Of a DNA stretch of 64,000 nucleotides, positions 15,727 to 25,660 are shown piece by piece (the stretch's first letter is position 1; every line of letters starts with the position of its first letter). Origin of the DNA: Epiperipatus broadwayi (lineage: Eukaryota; Animalia; Onychophora); contig JAQFVV010000010.1 in NCBI GenBank assembly GCA_028023455.1, positions 17,298,001 to 17,362,000 on the forward strand, read 5' to 3'. The notes beneath the pieces were generated by a model. The model did not search any database. It saw only the letters and a program-made list of their open reading frames with translations, and was not told where the DNA came from. Position numbers and translations under genes: made by a program.

Positions 15727-15880
15727 AAGACAGAAGTTTGTAGAAATTTCATACATTTAATTATGAGGTTTCTCCTGATTTCTCTACTTTTTCCTAAGAG
15801 CAAAATTGGTTAGTGGTTTCCATACATTATGTATAGTCACATTAGGTTAACTTATGGGGTTTATCATTATTGTCATGTGA

Positions 15881-16193
15881 AAAACAAAAACTGCATCAAT
15901 ATATGAATGTGGAAGAATATTTATTGGAACGACCAGTCATCCCATTGAAAAGCAATTGTAAGAACAAACTGATGATTAGAAGAGAGAAAACAGATGTGTC
16001 TAAGGTAGCAGACCATATATGTCCCAATGAACATATGTTCAATTGGGAAAATACAAAAATATTGGATAGAGAAGAAAAGATACAAAGAAGAAAATTTACA
16101 GAAACTGCTCACATGATAATCGTGAACAACCTCATAAGGCAACCTAGTGCAACTATACGTAATGTATGCAAACCACTAATCAACTTTGCTCTT
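15881..16193 (+). pseudogene. PLE GIY-YIG endonuclease domain (frameshifted)
   Basis: One frame gives KTKTASIYECGRIFIGTTSHP (~CVY.IPCECG..YIGET.RP). The next frame gives SKVADHICPNEHMFNWENTKILDREEKIQRRKFTETAHMIIVNNLIRQPSATIRNVCKPLI (~SK.A.H....H...W....IL..E.....RK..E..........QPS......PLI), typical of PLE C-termini. Confidence 0.75.
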
Positions 16194-16198
16194 GTCAA

Positions 16199-16270
16199 GC
16201 ATTGATAGCTTAGTGGTTATCATAGCTGTCTTCCAAGCAGCTGGCCTGGATTCGTTTCTCGGTCAACACA
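16199..16270 (+). pseudogene. tRNA-Gly-TCC: tRNA-Gly(TCC) retropseudogene (pre-tRNA copy with A-tail and 12-bp TSD)
   Basis: 72-nt GCATTGATAGCTTAGTGGTTATCATAGCTGTCTTCCAAGCAGCTGGCCTGGATTCGTTTCTCGGTCAACACA closely follows the eukaryotic tRNA-Gly-TCC sequence. The anticodon arm is GCTGT-CTTCCAA-GCAGC (TCC at 16232-16234). The acceptor stem has 2 mismatches and the D and T arms are mutated. It is flanked by AACTTTGCTCTT at 16182-16193 and 16290-16301, with an A-run before the second copy. Confidence 0.85.
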
Positions 16271-16370
16271 TTTGACATATGAAAAAAAAAACTTTGCTCT
16301 TAGGGAAAAGTAGACAAACCAGAAGGAATCTCGTAGATAATTATATGAAATTTTTATTGACTATTGCCTT

Positions 16371-16458
16371 TGGCAGAATGGCTCAGTTGCTTAGAGCATT
16401 ATCTTAAAATTCAATATTCAAAAATCTAAGAGTCCAGGTTTGATTCACATGCTAATAC
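16371..16458 (+). promoter_or_regulatory. tRNA-like Pol III module (A box and B box), right arm copy
   Basis: TGGCAGAA-TGGCTCAGTTG-...-CCA-GGTTTGATTCAC. The two arms show reciprocal CpG decay (GGTTCAA vs GGTTTGA), which implies an ancestral GGTTCGA B box. Confidence 0.6.
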
Positions 16459-19215
16459 TGCCACTGGTCAAACCAGCAATATCTGAAGAAGAGGGAAAAA
16501 TAATACCTTGTGAAACCTGTGGCTATTACTAATAGTTATATATTTGGAATATTTAAATATAGTTAAATCTAAAGACATTCAGTACTTATATTAGATGATG
16601 GAAATAGTCCAATATATAAATACAAAGTTTTGCCTTGTTTTCTTATTAAAAAAATAATGATATTTAATATGTAAGGGATTATGGTAAACTATTGTGCTAT
16701 GATTCAAAAATAGAATTTTCAAAAAAATGTTTAATGTTGATTATTAAAAAGATTAAAGCAGATAATCCACAGACAACAGAAGAGTTAGGTATCAAGGTTT
16801 TTTGTTTTTTTTTTATTGAAATTTTGATTGTTACTAGACAATTACAAGAAAAGGCATTTCCATTAACCTTCAGTTAGCCATAATTTGTGTCAAAACCTAT
16901 CAATTCACGATTTCTTAATGCTTAGAATCCATGAGGATGATCGTCAACAATTGGTATTCATGTATATCTACTATGACCAAGTAGAGATTTCATAGGAGTG
17001 TTTCACCAGCATTTCCAAGATATAGCCTAAATGTTATAGCTAGGTGCCCAACCATTTGCTGAAAATACATGCCTGATTAATCTTACCATTGTCAGAGTTG
17101 TTTGCCATTGCTATATTGTAATTGACTATAATGCCTGCTGAAAATTTGTCAGAGAAGAAATAATCAATGAGCAGAAAAGGTGTACATTCAAAGAGAGAAA
17201 TAGCGTATGTAATAAACATCTATTTGACCTTTATCATTAAGTAAGCTGGAAATTACATGAGGTCATGACAATGAAACAAGCTCATGTTACCTCATTAATA
17301 GAGATCTTTTGAACATTACATTGAGATATCAAACATCCTAAATGCTAGGAGGAAAAATCTGCATAAATGTTAAGCTCAACAAAATTTTGGTAAGATCGTT
17401 TCAATTGGCTCATATTTAAATAATTATTAACTTTGTTTAAAAAATTTTAAGTTTAATTTTAGACTAGCAGTAATGCTAATCTAACACCATTTATATAAAT
17501 AAAAAAAAGATTTGTTATGTATTATAAAATTTATTAATCACACATTATAAATCCTAGAACCAGGGAATCAATCAAATTGAGGAGGACTAAAAGAATTCAA
17601 TGAAATGAATTAGCCATTATCTGCTTGATTGATTTTACTGATCCATTCTAAGATAATTTTTTATTGATTATATACATTTGTAAATACAAGAGGATAAAGA
17701 AATTTAATTTGTATCATTAAGTTTTTTTTAAATTGTTATTGTTAAAAAGTCTTATTTCTCATTATTTTCTCATGTGTCAGACAAGTATTTGGAGTGTTGT
17801 AGTATTTGAAAAATGTTAGAACTAATTAGAACACATTCTATTAATTGACATATATATGGGATAAATGATGATCAGCAAATATAACTTGGGTTTACCTTGA
17901 GACTAGTGCTAATGTGAGCTTCAGTCTAATCATCAACAGTGGCTATGATTGAATGGGTTAAATTTTAAGATTATAGTCACTGCACTTTGTACACACTAGC
18001 CCACTGAACATGGAATAGATAAATAATCATTTCCTTGAATAAACAGGCAAAACTCTCCATACAGTTATATGCTAGCATTAGAATGGTGATCATGTGATGT
18101 TTAGTGGTTTTTCCTTGAATAAGATAGCATTGTATAAACTTTCTAGTGGGTGTAATTCATTTACAATGTATTGTAATAGAACTATTTAAATGTAGCCTGA
18201 ATTAGTTGTGTTGCAACATTGCATGGTTAAGAAACTTTAATAAATACTATGATAGATTGATTTGATAGATTGATTAGTAAATTCATCGATTGCCATGTAT
18301 GTTTGCAGTCATATTAGATATAATATATGCATAACAACTATTAGCTATTTAATAAACAAAAAGAATTTTATCTATAGAATTAATCATATTATTAAATATT
18401 TAATAAAAGAAATGTATTTAGTAAAATTGGAATTGATAAAGTGATAATTTGTATTATGTAAGGAAAGAGAGAAAAATTAGTTTTAGTGCACATAAATGAA
18501 TTTAATTTGTGTAATTTAAGAAAATCTGTAACCCTTTCAGATTTGTCTGTAAGTTGAAGGTTAAAGAAATGATTTGGCTTTTCTTGTAGTAAATTCAATG
18601 GCAAATTTAAATACATTATTACAAATTATAAAGCACTCAAATTGAGAAAGTTAGAAAACAAATTTCAATTGTCGATCATTATTTTTTCTTTCTTTCTATC
18701 GTTACTATAATTTTTTATACATGAATATTTATTAAATCTTGTAATTATATTTCAATAATGATGTTTTTGATAATCATCCTGATATAAATACTGTCTTGAT
18801 TACATTAGTGTTAAAAATATGTTGTGAGGACATGAGGTATAAATAAATCTGAAAAGAAAAAACAGTAGTGTTATTTAAAAGTATTGTAAGGATATCTTTA
18901 CAATCTAATCTTTATCACTCACTATCAAATCCAGCACTTTTTTTTTTAAATTTTAGTTAATAACCAACTAAATATACATTTTCAATTATAAAATAAATAA
19001 AACCACACTTATATAGAGAGAGATACAACAAATGTATATTTTTTCTAATATACTAAGAAAGGATTAAAACAAACCGATCTTGTTTATTTTTTAGAAAGAT
19101 GAAAACCCCAATCAAGAGAAAACATTAATTAACTAACGTACTAATATGTGTATGTAATAGAATAAATGTAATATCTATATATTTGACTTTATTTTAAAAA
19201 GACTTTCATTAAATA

Positions 19216-19429
19216 AATATGGTAACAATCCAGTGTCAAACCAGACATTAGGTAACCAAATACGGAAGATAAAAAAATAAACAATTCTATTACATAATTT
19301 TTCGTTGGCTTATAATCAAGATAATATGGTAACAATCCAGTGTCAAACCAGACATTAGGTAACCAAATACAGAAGATAAAAAATAAACATAATTCTATTA
19401 CATAATTTTTCATTGCTTATAATCAAGAT
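19216..19429. repeat. 107-bp tandem duplication specific to the 5' LTR
   Basis: AATATGGTAACAATCCAGTGTCAAACCAGACATTAGG... at 19216 and 19323. There is a single copy in the 3' LTR (~31389-31495). Confidence 0.9.
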
Positions 19430-19998
19430 AATATGCGTAACAATAGATATATATATAAAGATGAAAAAATAAATAAAATGCAAGCACATGAAACAATGAA
19501 AGCCGAGGACAAAAATAAAAATGAACTTAATTCTTTTCAGTCATCTTTTTTGCTTTTTTCCAAATAAGACATAATCTGTATAATATAATATCAGAAGAAT
19601 CAAATGCTTCAATATTAAGAAAATGGATAGTTTATTTGAACACTTCAAACTATTTGCTGAATTGTGATAACAGTCGATTACAAGAAACCTTAATTATTAA
19701 TTAAATGAAAACATTCTTAACAAAGTCAAGCAAATAATTAAATCAAAAGTGGATTTAGATAAACATTTGATATAAAAAATATCATGCTATTCTTCAAATT
19801 CAAATAGAAGGGACCGCAATGTTAATATAGTATTTATGAATATATTGCTAATGTAATAAACCTACTCACCTAAAATCATTTAATAACAAACTTCGAATTA
19901 AGAAATTTTAAATAATTAATTGGTTGAAAAATTATGATTGCCAGCTAATTCAATAGTGTTGTAGGGCTTAAGTGTTCATCAACCCTTACCAGAATAAG

Positions 19999-22900
19999 CA
20001 GGCCCGGATCCAATAAGTCCGGGGCCTGATTGGATTTTTGCGGGGCCCTCTATATATTAAATATTTAAATAAAATGCAAATTCAATATATGTATATATAT
20101 AAATCAAATATCATGGATCATAAGATAGGTAAACTTCTACATACATTAAAAAATAAAAATGCACAAAATACAAAAATAATTCCATTTTATTGAATATAAA
20201 TTTACACCATTGAATATGAATTTACATATTTCTAAGTTTGTGTTCTGTAAATTTTTTTAAAATAGTTTGAAAATCCAATTTCCTTGCTTCTTCACTTTCA
20301 ATCGACATAATTGCTAAACTATTTAATCTATCCTGATTCATTGTCAATCTCAGATAGTTTTTTATTAGTTTTAGCCTGGAAAATGATCTCTCTCCAGAAG
20401 CAACGCTCACTGGAATTGTTAAATATATTCGGAGAGCAGTAAACAAGTTTGGAAATGCCATTGCTCTGTCATTTTCCAATAAAAATTTGAACATTTTAAA
20501 TGGATTTTCAAAAAATTCTGATGGAAGGATAGATTTTAAAGCTTCCATTTCTTCAACTAACATTTTTCCATCTATATCAGCTTCCTTCACTATTAGTGCA
20601 TCATTTTCTGTGAACCTAGAATCTGTTAGAGAAATTTCTAATTTAGCTGCATGTTTTTGAAGTGCTTCTTTTTCCATATTTTGAAATTTTCCCAGAAACT
20701 CAAATAAGTCATTATGATTTTTCAATTGTTCAAAACGATCTTTTAGTGATTCTGTAGCTTTATCTAAAACAAAATTAAAAAAATATATCTTGTATGCGTT
20801 TATCGGATCTACAATAGGTTCATCATTGCCTTTATAATTGAAATGTTTTTTTCTTTTCTGAAGCCTTTTATTTTGAAATTCTGTAGATATTTCCAAATCT
20901 TCTGCAAGAGTTTTTGCTTGAACTAAAACTTGTTCAAATCCCGTATTTCTGTAGTTGCTTAACCATTTTAAAAGTTTTTCAAATGAAGAAAGTGCAATGG
21001 ATACATCTACAGATTTACTTTGAAGTTCCTTGTTTACATAATTGACTTGGAACAGTAAATCGTACTAAAAAATCAGTGATACAAAAAATTTATAGTCTTT
21101 CATTGCATTTCCAAGAGATTCTGCCTTGTTTTTAATTTGTGGACCTTCGGAAATTTCTGATATTTTGAAAAGAGCATCATAAAATTCACCTATTTGGTAT
21201 CGCACTGCTTTTACGGTTTGAATCTGACATTCCCACCTGGTATCACAAAGAGGCTTCACAGAAGTTCTTTTACATATTTGAGAAGTATTAACCATCTTTT
21301 TGAAGTTGCCGAAAACAAAACATATAGGCGTTGGAGAATACCAAAGAAGGTTAAAGCTTCTGGACAAATTTTTGCTACATCTCTCAATACTAGATTATAA
21401 TTGTGACAAATGCAAGGAGTAGAAAATGCCCTTGGATTTTCTTTTAAGAGTCTAGCTTGAACACCAGAGACTTTACCCTTCATGTTCGAACCATTGTCAT
21501 ATCCTTGCCCTCTTATGTTGTTGATGTCAAGCCCTAAACTTTGAATTTTTTTCTTTAACACAAAAAATAGATTTTCTCCTGTGCTGCTCTCTACATATAT
21601 AAATTTGATAAATTGTTTATATATAGCGATATTCGAGCCTGGTAATGTTCCAGCCGAAACATATCTGATGCTAAGAGACATTTATTCTTGATGACTGACA
21701 TTTGAAGTACAATCCAGAATCACAGTAAAATATTTTCCATATTTTATTCTATCAATAATTTTATTTTTTAATTTGTTGCCTATTAAGTTTATTATTTTAT
21801 TTTGTATTGTTTTGCTTAAATAACTTTGGTGAATTTGTTTTGTGGTGATTCTTTGTATATGATCCTGCAATTACTGGGTCAAAATTTTCAAGTAATTCAA
21901 TTATTTCTAGAAAATTTGCATTTCGTGCATCGCCTAGGTTTTCGATGGATCCTCTAAACATGATATTTTGTTCAGCTAAAAACTGAACTATAGAAAATAA
22001 TCTTTCAAATATCTTATACAAACGAACTTTTTCTTGGTTCAACAACTTCTGTTGAACATTATCTATTGTTTGCTCAGCAGAAAGTCTTTTTGGAAGCTCT
22101 GTACATTTTAACATAGCTACCAAATGATTTTTTGATTTTTCACGTGTGGCTAATCTATTATATATATATTTGGCCAGTTATTAAATCCTACAGTGGCTAG
22201 TACAATTGAGGCACCCATACTGAATAGCCGACAATAAAAACAAAATATTCTGTCTTCTGATTCAGAATATATTATCCAAGGATGGCTTATTATTTCGCCA
22301 TTCATAAGCTTTCTTTTCAGATGCACTTTTGAAAAGTATGTTCCATCCTCTTGGCACGGAAACTCATTTAAGATAATTTTTGTAGGACCTTTTTTAACTA
22401 AATAATCTTTCATTTGTTGAGTAATAATCTCGGGCCAAGAAGCGTCATCAGTTATTTTCAGTTTTTTCATTTTCATTCCAATATTTGCTTCTTCCGGTTC
22501 CGGTCTGTGTAATTGTGTTTCTTGTGTATTTTTTACCTGTTCTTCTTCATCTTTATCATCATTTTCTTCTTCATTTTTTGTCATTTTCTTCTTCATTTTT
22601 TGTCATTTTCTTCTTCTTCACCTTTGTCATCATTATCTATTTTTAAAAATTTGTTCAAAGCACCTCTGAGTTTTTCACTTCCGATTTTCGTTTTTGCACT
22701 TAATTTCCTTTTTACTACCACTTTTATATTTTCTTCCCACATCTCTTTCTCATTTCAGTGGATTCGACATCTAATGATAAAATTAAATCCATTTTTAATC
22801 ACAAAATATACTTAAATTTTTAATTTTAAATATAATTTCTTGTTAATAAATATTATGTAATATAATTAGTATCTTACCTTTTTTAACGATTAGAAGAATA

Positions 22901-23316
22901 GAGAACTGCAAATGCAATAAACAATTGATATTTGATAGTAGCCACATCTACTTAATAGTGAGTGCAGCGCAACAATGACTAATGCCAAAAAACTAATGTG
23001 AGTGCACCGAGTAAGACGCATATAGAATAGAATAATTGAGAGAGAAGATAGTACTATCCGATTAATTAAACATTAGTCAAAAACTACACTTACGGGTATC
23101 CATTTTCTATATTATAATAAACACAATAATAAATCTCATCCATCAATGCGAACTTAAAATAAATATATTTTTAATTATTTGAATAATTTATCCTTTATCG
23201 TCAAAATTAATTTGCTTTAAATTTCGAAAAATAACTTTTTGTTAATTTTGGTGGTAATGCGGGGCCCCTTCAAGTGCAGGGCCTGATTGGACCCAATCGC
23301 CTTAAATCCGGGCCTG
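19999..23316 (-). mobile_element. Full-length hAT DNA transposon (3318 bp), ZMYM1-like transposase clade
   Basis: Perfect 11-bp TIRs CAGGCCCGGAT (19999-20009) and ATCCGGGCCTG (23306-23316). 8-bp TSD AGAATAAG at 19991-19998 and 23317-23324. Subterminal GGGCCTGATTGGA and GCGGGGCCC motifs at both ends. The empty site AAAATAAG is at 32048-32055 in the other LTR. Confidence 0.97.
20222..22770 (-). pseudogene. hAT transposase pseudogene (TTF-type zinc finger, DUF4371-like region, DDE core, hATC dimerisation domain)
   Basis: Motifs in order: RKYKSGSKK; WIIYSESEDRIFCFYCRLF; LAEQNIMFRG...NFLEIIELL; YFTVILDCT..SHQE*MS..IRYV; GQGYDNGSNMKG; CICHNYNL; DTRWE; FPNLFTALRIYLTIPVSVASGERSFSRLKLIKNYLR.TM.QDRLNSLAIMSIE. 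It is disrupted by several frameshifts and in-frame stops (e.g. TAG at 21065-21067 replacing a conserved W; TAA at 21682-21684). Confidence 0.93.
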
Positions 23317-23398
23317 AGAATAAGCACAATAAATTAGTTTTTAAGTGTGTAATGCCTGCCAAAAATTTCACCTGCCACATCTAAAACTTACAGATGGA

Positions 23399-23406
23399 TA
23401 TAAAAG
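23399..23406 (+). promoter_or_regulatory. Candidate LTR TATA box
   Basis: TATAAAAG in a GGATATAAAAGGAA context, conserved in the 3' LTR at 32130-32137. Confidence 0.5.
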
Positions 23407-25144
23407 GAAGAACGAGAATAGTATATATGTCGATGAGGAGTCTTCGCAAGGAATGCATGACCATCATACCAGCCTAACCGAAATAACGACAGACTACCTG
23501 TCATAGACATTACCTGCCCAACTCTTAAATCTCACGCCAGTCATCATGAAGAAATATTAATTTGTTACATGATATTTTTTTTATATTGATAGAATTATGT
23601 ATTATTGTATATATATATTTTTTTTTGGAAACCAAGATCTCTTTAACTTGGAAGATTTTATTGTAGCTAAATTCAAGAAAATCTTCCCTTTTATAGTGAC
23701 ATGATATTCATTTTGATTACTATTAGAATCCTTACTAAAATATGGGATAAAGATATGATCTTATTTATTACTATGCTATATAAAAAAGAAATATAAAGTT
23801 TTGACAGTACAGAATTTATATCATTTATTTTTCTTTTGTTAATTAATATACATGCATGTTTATTCAGTATAAATGATTAACATTTCTGCATGAATTGCCT
23901 TTTCTACTTAACTTCTACATGTTAAGAAGGGGTTCTTTCCAGATAGAAAATGCTATTATTGAAATTAAACCCAGTAGTTATTTAATATATTTTCCTTTAT
24001 TTAATTAATTAGTTAGTTAATTTCCCCATCAATGCAATATTGAATTAATGATTTTATTGTTTCTTTTTTGTTACATTTATTTACTTTATATATAACAAGT
24101 GTTTATTCATGTATATTAGGGAAAGAGTTGGTTTAATGAAATATCTTTAATTATCAATATGATAGACATACATACTTAACATTTACATATGTATAGAATT
24201 TTTTTTTATATTTTGTTAAAGAAGTTTATCAATTTTATATTATATTTGTAAATAAATATTGTTAGTTTACTTATCATTAAATAGTCTCTATTTTACCAAA
24301 CTCATTTCTTTCCCATTCATCATCAATCATCATACATATATATACTCAGATATTTTTTTTTTACATTATAACATTGTAATAGGATTCAATGAGTATTATA
24401 GTTGATTTATGATATAAACTTACCATAATTTTTACTTAAGTTAAATTCATCACTGAAGAGAATTAATTGCTATATTCTCCCTGGGTTCGAAGGTAAGATA
24501 TAGATGAACTAATCTAAATTATGTCTAAATTTAATGTGTGAAATAAGAGCTAGCTACAAAGTAGACATGATCATTGGTTAGTTACTTCATCGCTTATTAT
24601 TATCATCCTACCCCGAAGACCCTAAGTCTGATAATTATTAGATCTATTCCCCTCTTATGAGATAAACTGAATTATCACATATTCTGATGCAACCAGCTAT
24701 GGAGTAGCTGCCACCAGATTCGGTTACATATTCTTGCCACCAGATTCTAAGGAGGTTCAAGCCATTGGACTAATGTAAAAGAAAAGTAAATTTTTTTTTT
24801 TGAAATTTATTAACCTTTATGAATTCACTTAAGAATATCAATTGATGAATGAGAATGTGAAGATAAACTGAAACTTTGAATAATTAACTAATAAAAATAA
24901 ATTTAAAATAATTGAGGTTAGGCGTGGATTTAAATAGATAGGCTAAAGATTAAGTACTAATAGCAACATACACACCACCATATAAATATAATGAGAAATA
25001 AATTCTATGCCCTAAATGGTAAAGAGATAACATGAAGCCCTATGATATATTTGTATTAATATATATTAAAAATGAGTAAATAATAGTGTATTTAAATGTC
25101 AGTAGAAATTTTGATGCTATTTAGACGTTGTATTAGAAAGAGAA

Positions 25145-25660
25145 ATGGACCATATTGAGAAACCACTAGACATTACTGATGATAAGATGGAAAACAATTC
25201 CAATAGTATTGGGGAAGGGTTTCAGTGGGTCCAAATACCTGGGGGGCATATGACAATATCCTCCACCCTGGGGGAGTTAAAGAGGTTGGTAACTTCTCAA
25301 ATTCATGAGACCCCTGTCAATGAAGTCAGTAAAGCATTGGAAAATGATCTGACTTAATCATCCAGTGTTGAAGTAGCTCTGACTAAAGGAAATAAGAGGA
25401 CCATGGAAGAAATCTTTCACAGTATGGAAGCAAACGTAGACAATATGATAAATATTGCTTGCTGTATGATGGAAAGGATGAGCAATAACATGAACAGCTT
25501 GGAAGCAAAAATGAGCTGTAACATGAACAATATGTGGAGAGAAATGAACCATAATATCAGTAATATTAAAGAAGAAATAAAAAACACGAAGGAAAATGAA
25601 TGAATTACATTGGAAGATGGAAAAGAAATTTTACCGAGTAAACCTTACCACTGGCGTAAC
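25145..25660 (+). pseudogene. gag-like ORF remnant with a coiled-coil-like N-terminal region
   Basis: ORFs 25145-25357 and 25403-25603 are in the same frame, separated by one TAA. The heptad-like Met/Asn-rich stretch MMERMSNNMNSLEAKMSCNMNNMWREMNHNISNIKEEI sits where gag is expected, ~400 bp after the 5' LTR. Confidence 0.5.

Larger units (their letters stand above)
15645..16530 (+). mobile_element. 5'-truncated Penelope-like element with an inverted pseudo-LTR arm
   Basis: 15645-15880 read on the minus strand aligns (about 75-80% by eye) to 16109-16193 plus 16302-16458 on the plus strand. The body, 15881-16193, encodes a frameshifted GIY-YIG domain. The right end is approximate. Confidence 0.7.
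18885..24728 (+). repeat. 5' LTR (~2518 bp net of the hAT insertion)
   Basis: Starts TGTAAGGATATCTTTACAATCT and ends CAGATTCGGTTACA. It is colinear with the 3' LTR at roughly 85-90% identity by eye. Confidence 0.85.

Noticed and set aside
16920-17120. Minus-strand MYFQQ resembling the Tc1-type FQQDGA motif
   Set aside because: The DGA, WP..SPDL and other downstream motifs could not be recovered, so a single short match is insufficient.
19189-19413. Similar ORFs at 19189-19413 and 31361-31573
   Set aside because: The similarity simply reflects the two LTR copies and the 107-bp duplication. The products are low-complexity and the frames are not conserved.
22513-22815. Plus-strand 100-aa Phe/Ser-rich ORF
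   Set aside because: It is the antisense shadow of the Glu/Lys-rich hAT transposase N-terminus.
24478-24490. B-box-like GGGTTCGA in both LTRs (also ~33364-33373)
   Set aside because: There is no matching A box or cloverleaf upstream, so it is too short to call a Pol III element.
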